Part shown: positions 1 through 18,100 of the stretch, piece after piece
Layout: each line of letters opens with the position of its first letter
Numbering within the stretch: position 1 is the first letter of the stretch
NCBI GenBank assembly: GCA_051294375.1
Contig: CM119267.1
Location: 20,337,476-20,401,475 of the forward strand
DNA from: Paraspadella gotoi
Lineage: Eukaryota; Animalia; Chaetognatha
DNA: 64,000 bases
Reading direction: 5' to 3'
Program-made: the position numbers and the translations under genes
The notes under the pieces: generated by a model
What the model was told of the DNA's origin: nothing
Seen by the model: the letters and a program-made list of their open reading frames with translations, nothing else
The model's database searches: none

Positions 1-2055
1 AATATATTCGTCGAGCAACCGTCCGCATCGCCCAGACTCAATATCGAAACGTGCGTAGGAATTCGGCAAAACGTCCGAGGCTTGGGGTTAATCCAAGTCG
101 GCCGTTGTCAGAGGTGGGGACGGATTTAGGCGCCGAGGAAAATACAGCGTGAAGGACGGGGAACGATAGGGCGGCGAGACGATGAGTTCGGAGACGATTA
201 ACATCCGGGGTCGACGATCAATGGGCAATGGGAAAGTCGGCGTCATTTTTGCTGCCTTTTGTTGCAATAGTAATGGCCTTTTTTGGGGGAAAGAACTTTG
301 TATTCGTCGTTTTCCTCAGATTCAAAAATAAACGATGTGATAAAGAGCTATGATTAAATAAAGCTTTCGTTTAATACAATAATAGTGACGGAAGACTAGT
401 TAATACAGAATGTGTTAGGGAGGGGTTAAGGTTGTTTAGGTTAAAGGGTTTAAAGTTCGGGTAATTAAATAATAATTTTGTTAAAATTTTTGTTTAAAAA
501 AGTAAATATTTTAAATAGTTTTACAAAAGACCGCAAAAACACGGCGGTCGGCGAAAATAAAATTTAGCCGCAGAATGTAAATAGTAATTATTATTCTTGA
601 TCCAAAATTGGTCAATTGTCATAGTTCAGTTTAAGACGAGCCAGTTTTTGTATCATTTTTAATTTAGTATTTCGTACATCAAACAATAAGGCCCAAAAAA
701 ATTTCCGCAGGTTTTTTGTTGTTGAAAGTACTACCTACTCTATGTCTCTTCCTTCACCCTCTCTGTCTCCATCCGTCTTCATTGCCATCCTCTGTCTCCT
801 GCGGATCGGCTCTCGTCGCGAGGGGCCTGGCCCTTCGCCGCTCGCAACCGGGAAAGCGTCGAGCGGAGGCGACGATTTATCGCGTCTGGCGGAATTGGCG
901 AGGGTCAAGCGAAGACGGTAGATCAGCACTTTTGTTTTTCGTCGAGTTTTACGACTCGACAGATAGAGGGGCGAGGTGAGGATGGGAAGAAACTAAAAAC
1001 TAGAAAAGATTTTGTTGAAAACTTTGGAATAGTTGAGTAAATTTAGGGACCTTTGCTTTATATTTACGGTTATCGTGCGAAATTTCGCTAGCTAATTTTT
1101 GAACTTTATTCCAAATTAAAACTAAGTAATTAAGAACTATTTTATTAACATAAAAGTCTCGACAAATGTTACACCGCTGGTTTTGTCTCCAAATAAAAAA
1201 AAAACCGTTGATAGACGTAGATTATTTTAAATAGCAAAAAATGATTCATTCCAATCCCTTGCAGGCACATCGAAACTCCAGGTCCACGCCTTGAAATATT
1301 TTATCGTGTCGAGTAATTTCGAAGACTTCGTATTTACGCTGAACCAGAGTCAAATCGGTTTAATTTTAGACAAAAAACACAAAATAATGAGAATTAAAAA
1401 TAAGAAAGTCACCTCTGGCTAAATTCCTTTCGGTATTTCGTCAACGGAGAACGTCAATATCGTCGTCCCTGGGACCGTAAGTTCCTACCATGTAGCTCTT
1501 CTTAATCGGTGGTGATTCCTTTTTTCTGGATCTCGTGGTGATACTAATTCCGAGACGATGCGCTCCTCTAAGCCGTGAACTCGAGCTGGATTCTGATAAT
1601 TATTGATGACAGTTAGAGATGAGCCAGTCAATTATTTGTTATTGGTTAAAAAATTCACGAATATGAGTCGGAAATTGACTAAAACTTTGACGAAACTTCT
1701 GAATTCCGACTCCTCTTTATAACGGAGAGAGGCGTCTCGCTGTCGAAGTCGACGCTCATTTCTTTACCGTCGAAGAGAAGCTTCAATGCTTCTGATCTTG
1801 AACGAGAGGATTATCCATTTGCATGGATCGAGAGACGATGTTTTAGTTTAATATTTTATAATTTGGAGAAAGCGAGATAAAGCCTATTCGAAAAAAGATG
1901 GCCCAAGAGAAAAATTACCTCGAGTGACCAAATAAAAATAGGTACACGATAGAACGACACAGATTATCTCGGATTTAAGTTTTAAATAAGACACGGATAT
2001 CGACGGATTCTAATTTTTAAATAAAGCGACACGGATATCCGGTTATAAAAAACGA
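1..2055. repeat. Left arm of large inverted repeat (mirror of 4541-6605)
   Basis: The reverse complement of 1-250 aligns to ~6355-6605, of 716-979 to ~5640-5905, and of 1920-2045 to ~4555-4680. Differences are mostly 1-2 nt indels. Confidence 0.95.
1246..1824 (-). pseudogene. Mirror copy of divergent Rho GDP-dissociation inhibitor (frameshifted in the assembly)
   Basis: Reverse complement of 4783-5377; reads FDGKEMSVDFD...YMVGTYGPRDD...WTWSFDV; carries different indels from the + copy. Confidence 0.7.
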
Positions 2056-3839
2056 CCGTGAGATTTACGCGAATGAAATTTTCCGGAACGCAAATTTAAT
2101 ACCATTTGCTTTTTTTTAATATTGATAGACTTAATAATGAGCTCACATCGATTCGCTTGAAACGAGTTCAGTTTATAATAAAGGATTTTGAAAAACGAAT
2201 CTAAAATATTTTTTTAGAATATAATTTTACGCGGATCAATTAATTCAACAATTTTAATAATTTTTTGATAAAAATTAGTAAAAATTACATGCTTTTTTCT
2301 TGATAGAAATTACAAAATTCATAATTCAGTTTAACTGTGATTTTCTCAATGACTCTAAGAATAACGAATACCTGTTTTTTATCAAGCATTCAAACAAAAA
2401 AAAAAAAAAACTCCGGTTTCAATCCGAATGCTCGATTAAATTCAGATCTTCACTGAAAGATTAGCGAGACAAAAAAAGAGAAAATCTTTAAAAGTTTAAG
2501 CTTCAAGTTAAATAGTTGCGCACGAAATGCCAACCATTTATTTTCAGAATGTATACCGAGTTGTCTACGTAGGCTAAGTAATCAAATTGGTGAGTTTTAA
2601 AAGAATTTTTGGGGTGCTATTCTTTCACCTTTTTTCGCTTTAAGGGACAGTGAAACAAGGGGGGATAAAAAAGCCTGAAATATAACGTTTGACCCTTTAA
2701 CTTAAGCTGTTCTGATATATAATTTTTTTCTTCTAATAATATTTGGAAAGTAGTTTAAAAATTCGATAAAAATCAGCGAGCTTAATTTTCTTTAAAAATC
2801 GGTAAGAAGAAAATCTTTTCAAATTTTAAAAATTTTTTTTCCAAAGAAAGGGTAGAGATCTAATTTTAAAAAGATTTTCAGCTTTTTCATAAAATTTATA
2901 AGAAAAAAACAGGAATGAATCAAAAATTTAAGGTATCGACTGGATTTTATTAAACTTTCTTTCAAATGATTTCTGTTAATTGGAATTGAAAATAAAACTC
3001 TTTGAAGTAATATAAATATATAAAAGAAAGAGAAAGATTCTGTACTTTTTGCTAAAATTTTTAATTGTTATAATTTAGGAATGCAAATATAGTTTAATTA
3101 TACATTTAAGGATGGAATATAAATAATTAATTAATAATTTTACAGTTTTTGTTTTTGTAAGAATAGAATTTAGGTTTGATTTGTCTGCTTTTAAGTAAAT
3201 AATAAATAAAAAAATATTAGTCTTGTAAAGCCTTTGTTCAAGTGAGGCTTAAAACGCTAAAATTATAGCTTTGTACAGTAAAAAAATAAACATTGGAATT
3301 TAAGTAAAAATTACTTTCTAATGCAAAATAGAAATAATGGATTATATAAATATTTAGGTAGGGTTAACTAATTTTTTTTTCATATTATTAAATTTTTGTT
3401 TCGCTAGAATAAGAGGATAGGAATTTTTTTCACACTTTCCGTGCAAAGAAAAATTAATGACTATCACACCATTCAAATTTCCTTTGATGATAGACTCCCC
3501 TTAAGCTTATGATATCATTTTTATCATTCTGGTCCCCTTAAGAATCTTTCGTATATTTTCTTAATCTTCCTTCTTATCATTCTCATCCCTCTTTTCTTCT
3601 TACCTAAGTCTTCGACTTTTCACAACCTTTGTCGTCTTCGGAATTTCATTCGTTAGTGAGCGCCTCATCGAAGTTGTTTTGTGTTTTTGTAAGTCGACGC
3701 AACTTATTTGTCATTGGTCCACAAGCCAATTACGAAAATACTCGGTACGTCGTAGTACTTTATAATCGTCTTTCTTAATCTTCAATCGACGTCCGTTTTT
3801 TTTAACGGTCCCAATTGGACGGTCACAATTTGCGGTATT

Positions 3840-4530
3840 GATCTCCCTCAATACGATTAAGTGTGCCCCTTTGGTCTGCAGCCGCCCATCAACCCGTTAG
3901 GGGGTCCCCAAGGTTTTTCCCCTAACATAAGTTTTCTGTCATCCTTTGGTCTATTCCATCAATGTCGTTTACTTCATCGCTCTTATCTGTTCGCCTCACC
4001 GGGAACCTCAATCGTCATTCTCCTTTAAGAAAACGAGGTCCTGTTCCATGACAACGAAGCGAACGCGTTCTCCGGTGGATGAATAAAGAGAAGCCGATGA
4101 GAAAACCAACAGCGACGAAGACGACGACGACGACGACGGCAGCTTGAACGATTTCCTAAAGAAGAAATAAGGAAATCTCAAAAAAGTGAAAGAGAAAAAA
4201 AAGTATCAGAATCCGTAAAAATAGGTGTACGTATTAATTAGTCGATATCCACAGCTTCACTACTGCCACCTGGCCTTACTCTTAAAAAAAAATTAACGAG
4301 TTTTACTTGATTGATATTTAAATATTCGAAGAGAGCCATCACGTCGGATTTCCGATTTCACCGATCGCGAGCAGCGAACCGCGCCCTTTCCCCCCCCTCT
4401 CGATCTCAATCTTCGCCGCCGCGTGCGTCGCAATCGCGACCTCCGTGTGAGTCTATTTTTAGATCGGTGATCGGGTTCGTCGTGAAAAATATCGCGAGGT
4501 GAAGATGATCGCATCGTGAAATGTTGCCGG
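3840..4530 (+). other. Possible error-ridden + strand exons upstream of RhoGDI
   Basis: GC-rich blocks bounded by splice-like signals (e.g. GTGAG at ~4447) encode TKRTRSPVDE, SDEDDDDDDGSLNDFLKKK and SPPSRSQSSPPR; no continuous frame. Confidence 0.3.
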
Positions 4531-4554
4531 TTGCTCCATTCGTTTTTTTTTTAA

Positions 4555-4645
4555 TTAAATCCGAGATATCCGTGTCTTTATTTAAAAATTGAATCCTCGA
4601 TATCCGTGTCGTTATTTAAAAATTAAATCCGAGATATCTGTGTCG
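4555..4645. repeat. ~3 tandem copies of a ~33-bp unit (AATCCGAGATATCCGTGTCnTTATTTAAAAATT); mirrored at ~1955-2045
   Basis: Read directly in both arms. Confidence 0.8.
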
Positions 4646-4782
4646 TTCTATCGTGTACCTATTTTTATTTGGTCACTCGAGGTAAATTTTTCTCTGGCCC
4701 CGGCCCTATTAACTTTTTTCGAATAGCTTTATTCGGCTTTTCTCAAATTATAAAATATTAAACTAAAACATCGTCTCCGTCC

Positions 4783-5377
4783 ATGCAAATGGATAATCCT
4801 CTCGTCAAGATCAGAAGCATGAAGCTTCTCTTCGACGATAAAGAATGAGCGTCGACTTCGACAGCGAGACGCCTCTCTCCGTAAAAGAGGAGTCGGAATT
4901 CAAGTAAGTTTCGCATCAATTAGATTTTAGTCAATTCCGACTCATTTCGTTGAATTTTTAACCGAATAACAAATAATTGACTGGCTTCATTCTCTAACTG
5001 TCATCAAGTTAATTTATCAGAATCCAGCTCGAGTTCACGGTAGAGGAGCGCATCGTCTCGGGAATTAAGTATCACCACGAGATCCAGAAAAAAGGAATCA
5101 CCACCGATAAGAAGAGCTACATGGTAGGAACTTACGGTCCCAGGGACGATCGCATATTTACGTCTCTCCCGTTGACGAAATACCGAAAGGAATTATAGCC
5201 AGAGGTGACTTTTCTTATTTTTAATTCTTCATTATTTTGTCGTTTTTTGTCTAAAATTAAAACCGATTTGACTCTGGTTCAGGTAAATACGAAGTCTCTT
5301 CGAAATTACTCGACGACGATAAAAATATTCTCAAGGCGTGGACCTGGAGTTTCGATGTGTGCAAGGATTGGGAATGA
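4783..5377 (+). CDS. Divergent RhoGDI (Ig-like prenyl-binding domain), 3 exons, with 1-nt indels
   Basis: Spliced translation RIQLEFTVEERIVSGIKYHHEIQKKGITTDKKSYMVGTYGPR...EIPKGIIARG|KYEVSSKLLDDDKNILKAWTWSFDVCKDWE* matches RhoGDI hallmarks (IVSG.KY, YMVGSYGPR, PKG..ARG, DDDK, W.W...KDW). GT-AG introns at ~4904-5020 and ~5205-5282. Confidence 0.85.
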
Positions 5378-6250
5378 ATCATTTTTTGCTATTTAAAATA
5401 ATCTACGTCTATCAACGGTTTTTTTTTATTTGGAGCAAAACCAGGGTGTAACATTTGTCCGAGACTTTTATGTTAATAAATAGTTCTTAATTACTTATGT
5501 TTTAATTTTGGAATAAAGTTCAGAATTAGCTAGCGAAATTTCGGCAACGATAACCGTAAATAAAAGCAAAGGTCCCTAAATTTACTCCAACTACTCCAAA
5601 GTTTTCAACAAAATCTTTTCCTAGTTTTTTGTTTCTTCCCATCCTCACCTCGCCCCCTCTATCTGTCAAGTCGAAACTCGACGAAAAACAAAAGGCTGAT
5701 CTACGTCTTCGCTTTGACCCTCGCAATTCCGCCCAACGACGCATAAATCGTCGCCTCCGCTCGACGCTTTCCCGGTTGCGAGGCGGCGAAGGCCAGGCCC
5801 CCTCGCGACGAAGAGCCGAATCGAGAGACAGAGATGGGAATGAAGACGGATGGAGACAGAGAGGGTGAAGGAAGAGACTAAGAGTAGGAGTACTTTCAAC
5901 ACACAAAAAACCTGGGAAATTTTTTTTGGGCCTTATTTTTGATGTACGAAATACTAAATTAAAAAATGATACAAAAACTGGGTCTTAAACTGAACTATGA
6001 CAATTGACCAATTTGATCAAGAATAATAATTACTATTTACATTCTGGGCTAAATTTTATTTTCGCCGACCGCGGTTTTTGCGGCTTTTGTAAAACTATTT
6101 AATAATATTTATTTTTAAACAAAAATTTAAACAAAATATTATTTAATTACCCGAACTTTAAACCCTTTTAACCCTAAACCAACCTTAACCCCTCCCTAAC
6201 ACATTCTGTATTAACCAGTCTCCGTCATTATTATTGTATAAACGAAAGCT

Positions 6251-7385
6251 TTATTTAATCGATAGCTCTTTATCACATCGTTTATTTTTTGAATCTGGGA
6301 AAACGACGAACCAAAGTTCTTTCCCCCAAAAAAGCCATACTATTGCAACAAAAGGCAGCAAAATGACGCCGACTTTCCCATTGCATTGATCGTCGACCCC
6401 GGATGTTAATCGTCTCCGAACTCCTCGTCTCGCCGCCCTATCGTATCCCCAGTCCTTCACGCTGTATTTCCTCGGCGCTAAATCGTCCCCACCTCTGACA
6501 ACGGCCGACTTGGATAACCCCAAGCCTCGGACGTTTTGCCGAATTCCTACTGCGACGTTTCGATATTGAGTCTGGGCGGATGCGGCACTGGTTGACTCGA
6601 CGATAATGCTGTGGTCTTCGACGAAATTGGTTCGGGTTGTTGCAACACTTCGTTTGGATGATTTTATCACGATTCTGCTAAAATTGAAGTTCTGCAGCGC
6701 ATCCTTTCTTGAACCTTTAAAGGAGTTGACGGGCGCAGCAACGTTACTTCTTTCTGAAACGTCTGCCAGAACGCTTCGCTCGATATTCTCAGATGAAGGC
6801 ATAGAAACGTTTTCACTTTGACCGCTCGGTGTAGCAGAAGCAGTTACAGCAACAGTGTGAGAAACAGAGATATCGTCGCCTTGACTGTTCGATCTCAGAT
6901 CTGCAAAGTTTTCGCTATCTTGAACGGCATGCGTCAAGAGCTTGGTGTTTGTTGTTGGGAAGGTTGTTTCTCTTTGAACGGAACCAGACAAAAAAGACAC
7001 CGTCGAAGGTCCTTGCAACCGCGAGACAGTTACAACGGTTTCCGTCGTCGCTGACTTCGTGGTGCCGACGAAGGGCTTGAAAACGCAAGCGAGCAAACTC
7101 TGATCCCAAACTGTTCCCTCCTGGCAGCAAAAATTGTGGACGGCGACTTTTCCGGTGCCGACAAAGTCGCAACGATAGAAGCAAAAAGGATTCTCAGGGT
7201 TGGCCAGAAACTGACCCGTGAACGTGCAGTTGTTTACGATGGAAGAGCGGGAGGGGGAACTCTGATTTCAAATCAAAGGGTTACGCGTTTACTGTTTATG
7301 TGCTGAGGTTTAATTTAATTTGCTTTACCTCGTTGATCTCCATCAGCCAAAGGATAACAAACATAAACGAATGATTTAATTTCAT
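6251..7385 (-). CDS. Secreted chitin-binding (CBM14/peritrophin-A-like) protein with Ser/Thr-rich tail; 3' end uncertain
   Basis: Exon 1 MKLNHSFMFVILWLMEINE (signal-like), intron ~7263-7328, then NNCTFTGQFLANPENPFCFYRCDFVGTGKVAVHNFCCQEGTVWDQSLLAC, continuing into ORF 6251..7096. Confidence 0.75.
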
Positions 7386-8059
7386 TTCCTTGGTTATAAA
7401 AAGACATAAATAAATAAAAAAAATATTTCGAAAACAACTTAAGGTAAACTTTAGTATTAAAAGGATATTTTATTGTAATAATATAAAAATTTAAAAAGAA
7501 AAAATTATTAGTCTTCGTAAAATGTTGCAATAATGCCACTAATTTCGAGTCATCGACGTCAGTCATGGATCGCATATATTATTATTAATATTATTAACAA
7601 TCTGAAATCTTTTTTTTCTGCTTTATTTATCTAACTTATTTATTTACTTTATTTATCTATCTTTATTTATTTAACTGGGTCTTAAATTTCTGTGCTTGTA
7701 GATTTTGTGATAGATCTGTTTTAGTCTCCTTACATGTTTTTGATATGTACAATAATCCACACATTAAATAAATGAGTTATTTTTTTTATGCCTTTGGTCT
7801 TACGACTAATTATATAGCTCGCCCTCAGTATACGTATTCCGACAAGGAAATCACGCGAATATAAAACAACGAATTCAATTTTAATTATTCAATAATTAAA
7901 AATATTTATTCATAACTGAAGAAAACAAAACAAAAAATACTGAAAAATCAAACAAAATCAAATCAAATCTCACTAAAAAATCAAAAAGGCTAGAAATTGC
8001 TCTATGTAGAAGAAGTTTGCTGGTCGAACGAAAAAAAGAAACAAAAGAGAGAAAGAGCG

Positions 8060-13702
<5,643 letters not shown>

Positions 13703-13989
13703 TTTGTTTTTATTATTAATATTTATTCAAGATATATCTTTTAATAAAAGATGACGATTTCAGATTTCATGATTATAATAATAATAAACAAAGAACACAA
13801 AGATAACGAATATATGCCACTGTGCGATATTATCTAATATGGACCAAGACGTCTCGAAAAAATAATTATAACTTTGTTAGTGAGTGAGTGGATGCCCAAT
13901 TGCCTATTTATTGTCCTGGGCACTTTCAGCTAGGAAACTGGGATTACATTGAGACCGGGACGAACATTCCAAACATTTTTGGGGGTTAT

Positions 13990-14144
13990 TTTTACTTTCG
14001 CCGACCGGGTGGTTCAAGGTTAGGGGTGGTTAAGGTTAAAAAGGTTTAGAAGATAAGTAATAATTTTTAGTAATTTTTTTTAAAAAATGAATATTTTAAA
14101 AAAATTTTCAAAAAACGCCAAAACCCTAGTCGGCGAAAGTAAAA
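13990..14144. mobile_element. MITE-like element with perfect 16-bp TIRs and telomere-like interior
   Basis: TTTTACTTTCGCCGAC (13990-14005) / GTCGGCGAAAGTAAAA (14129-14144); interior GGTTAGGGGTGGTTAAGGTT. Related copies at 63258-63443, ~6053-6200 and ~410-565. Confidence 0.8.
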
Positions 14145-15177
14145 TTTTGCCAAAATGATTAAAAAATTGTTTATAATAGTAAAGATAATTTCAAACTTTG
14201 TTATTGAAATTCGAGGAAGAACGACTTATCCAGCTGGCGACCGGTTTTTCAAAATTATAAAATCCGGATTTTTAGGATACGGCGAGTTCGTAACTCAAGA
14301 CATAAAATATTCAATTAAATTACAGTTGTGTACATAACGATTTATGCACTAATTTTTTTTTTAAATAATAATTCCATAAAACTAAATTAAAAATGTGATT
14401 TGATATTTTTTATCTAACGAGAAAGTAAGTCTTTTTATAAATTTCCGTCCGGTTGTTTTAAATAAATCAGAAAAGAGTTCCTCAGTTCTCTCAAGATCAT
14501 TCGTCACTCGACTTTTCAAGGTTTTCGTTCGATATCTTTCTCGTTGAAAATTTACTTGAAAACTATCTGGAGGAAAATCACCATTCACCAAGTACACAAG
14601 ACAGTGTATGATATTTTGTTTTACTTTTTCGGCCATCGACACTGAGCAACCATTTATCGGCATTGACGATATGCTGATTGAACAGACGACGGCAGCAAAT
14701 TCTTCCGGACGTTAAGATTCAATCATGTGTCAGTGTGAAACTTTTCGGAAGATTCATCATATGATCAAAACGAAGTCGGAAATGCCCCTCGAACAACTAA
14801 AAAACGAGCTATTACTTTTCTTATACCATGCTAAATAATGTGAGACAAAAAAAAAAACTCACTTGATTAGCTAAAATAAATTGTAATTCCGTTTTAAAAT
14901 AAATGAGGCAAAATTAAAATTAGCACTATTTTCGAAAATTTTCAGAAACGAAATCTACCAAAAAAGGCGTGAAGTTATTAAAAAAAAAAATCACTTTTAG
15001 CAATGAATAATTGCCATATCATATAAAAATTGATTTCCATATTGTAATTGGATCGTAGTTAATAATTCATTATTCGTTCAGCTAACACGGGGTCTAAATT
15101 AACAAAATCGTAAAGAATTTGATTCAGAACTAAGTCTAAGACTAAATTTATATCTTTTTTCGTCGAATCTTATTTCT

Positions 15178-18100
15178 TTATCGCAAACGATACTTCTTTC
15201 TTTTCGTCGGATCGGGTTCGGCCTTTGTCAATTTTCTCTTGCCCCGGGTCAGAATTTCTAAAGAAAATTAGTACAATAGTTGTCATAAAATATTCGACTA
15301 TTAGTTATTAAAAATAAGCTAGTTCTACATAGTGACTGCCAACCTTTAACTTTTGCCTTTCCCTTTCTCGTCTTCTTGACTTTCGATTCGACTCGAGTCT
15401 CGGAGGCGGCATCGAAGCCTTCCACGTCGACGTCGGCTTCTCGAAGATTGGGAGCGGCGTCGCCTCCACCAATCTCTCCTTCAAAACCCGAATCGGCGGA
15501 GCGGCGCTTCTCCATACTTTCAACCGAGATAGATGAGCTGTTGACTCGATCTGTCTCCTTTTCCTCATTTTTCCCGCGCGACTCGTCGCGACTGTGCTCG
15601 TCATTTTGTCCGTTGAGGGTTTCATCAAAATCGTTATTTTTCCCCCCCTTCAAGGCTTCGTCGAAGACGTCGCCACTGCCCAATGAACCGTGAGCCTTGT
15701 CCCACAATGGCTCGTCCACTTTCCCATCCCGATCCGGTTCGTCTGAAACCTCGGCCCGCTCTTCAGACGCGTCTGAAAACTGATTCGAGTAGCAAACGTT
15801 TCCTTCGTCTTCGTCGCGTCTTTCGCAAGCAGCGTCGCTCTTCCCTTCCGCATCGCCGATTTCGCCATTGACCACAGCTTCGTCGGCGTCTAGACTTGGA
15901 ATCGTTTTAAAGCCCCTCGTCGACTCCGATGGAACGAGGATCTCAGTGGACGATTGCTTCGAATTCTCGGATATCACTACGAAAGTCTCCCCGGGAGGGT
16001 CCTCGGATCCATCCTGGCGTTCGTCTCGCTCCGCTGGGTTTTCGTCACGATTCGTCGTCGATGTCGCATCGAGAGATTTTTCCGCGAAACTCGCCGCCGC
16101 GCACGACGCCTCAGCGCCGCTAGTCTGCGTATCGAGCTGAGATTTGCCGTCGACGGAATCGAAGCCTCGATCGGCGTCGACGGAAAAACCGATTTGATCG
16201 CAGACTTCACCCGTCGCCTTTTTCGCCAAAGAAACGCTGATCGCGTCGAGGTCGGATTCCGAGACGGCGACGAAGGCGATTTCGACGCCGGCGACGCCGT
16301 TTGAGTCGTGGAATTGAGCGACGTTTGAAGCGGGAGCGTCGACGACACCGGCGGCGTCTTCGACCTCACTGACGGCGTTGAAGACGGATTCCACGTCGGT
16401 CTCGAAAGCGTCGGTGACAGTTTCCGTCATGGCGTCTACGAAGGACGGGGTGACGGAAACGATAGAGTCGACCACCTCCTTTAAAGGAGAGTTGAACGTC
16501 CCGGAATTGTTCGGAGACGTGCAAGGCGACGCGCCTGTCGATCCGACGCCACGTTCGGGGAGCGACTGGGGGCATTTTTTTAATTGAAAAGAGTTGGGAA
16601 ATTGATTTTAATAAAAGAAAGAAATGTTAATACCTTTGTCTTATTTGGAGTAGACTCATCGTCGGAATCTGAGTCAATGATTCGTCGTTGAACTCTGCAT
16701 TCAGAAAAAAGAAGAGCAAAATTGGAGACCATGACGGAGAAGGAAGGGAAAAATTTAAAAAAAAAGTAAAAGAAAATATATCAAAATCGAGAAAACCGAG
16801 GGAAAAATATAAGAAAAAAAGGGAGCGAGGGAGAAAAAAAAGCACAGAGACGAAAGGCAATTTTAAAAAATAATAATAATAATAATAATAAAAATAATAA
16901 TAATAATAAAAATAATAATAATGATAATAATAATAATAATAAAAAATCTAAAAACTCACTTTCGGGTATTCACCCTAAATTCTTTATCATCGTCGTCTTC
17001 GCTCCCATCGTCTTCCTCCTCGCTCCCGAAAAGTTCGTACTCGCGATAGCTAGGCGTTCGACCTTGGCTTCCGGTCTGCCGGCGCAGACGCATCGAGTGT
17101 CGGGAGCGCTCGCGGTGCATCGCAGTTTTCGGTGGTCGCTTGAACGGGCGAGGGGGAGGTCTCTGTTAAGAAAACGGAAGGTTTGAGTCGGAATAGAAGT
17201 GAAACTCCGCGTTCCCTCAAATCCTCATGGCATCAGTCAAAAACCCAGTTCACCCCTCAGAAAAAAAAAATTGACAACCAGTTGTGTCTTTTTTCCTTCG
17301 TACCGAGGGCTTCTCGATTCGATAAGGATCGGGTTGAGGCGTGGAATGCATGTTATCCGTCAATTCCTTTCTTAGAAGGTCGCGCTTAGATCGTGGCGGA
17401 CTCGGGGTATTCATCCTGAGGAAGAGAAGAAGCAAATCAACGGAGACAAAAATCGTTTTCGTCCAAAAAAAAAAAGAGGCCTCCTTTGCCTGGGTCTGTT
17501 CTTGGTTGTCAAGGGACTGGCGCCATCGACTTCGCGGGCGCCATCTTCGCCGGGCGTCAGGTAACTCACTGAAGCCGAATAACAGAATGTAAATGAAATG
17601 ATATTTTGTTATTAATGAAGATTTAACCACCATCCTTACCTTCGTCCGGCTCGATCTTTATCTGCGGCTGCGGAGATTTGTTTGACTTTTCATAAATGGC
17701 GCGAGTTTCTCCCTCGCGCGCTTCGTAGGCTGTGCGGTGCGTCAAGACCTAAAAAATTAGAAGAGTAATTTTCACAAGCCGTCTCAAACAAGTGTCGCTA
17801 TTTTAAAAAATGAAGCGTTTCTCGCTGCTCTCACCTTCTCCGTGTTCTCCGGCGGATCCCTAATGATGCCCAAAGAGATGAATCCGAATTCCCCGCCTTT
17901 TCGTCGGGTCGATGCGTGCTCTTTTCGAAGAGATTTTACCTGCGTCCCAATTTGGCCAATATGGATTAAATACAGACGAGACTGTTGCTTTCTCCTTGGA
18001 GTCGTCACCTTGCAAATGATCCGGTCCAAGTTGCGAATGACGGCGGGGTTGAGAGGAATGGAGGACTTGCCGAGCTTTTGCACCGCCAAGGCCTTGGACT

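Larger units (their letters stand above)
4541..6605. repeat. Right arm of large inverted repeat
   Basis: Mirror coordinates of matching blocks sum to ~6605 along the whole arm. Confidence 0.95.

Noticed and set aside
410-470. TTAGGG-like tract as a telomere
   Set aside because: Degenerate, internal, and part of the MITE family.
1955-2045. Short repeats as a CRISPR array
   Set aside because: Head-to-tail units without unique spacers, no cas genes, eukaryotic context.
5630-5900. GC-rich block as an additional gene
   Set aside because: Exon-like, but frames differ between the mirror copies and no motif is recognised.
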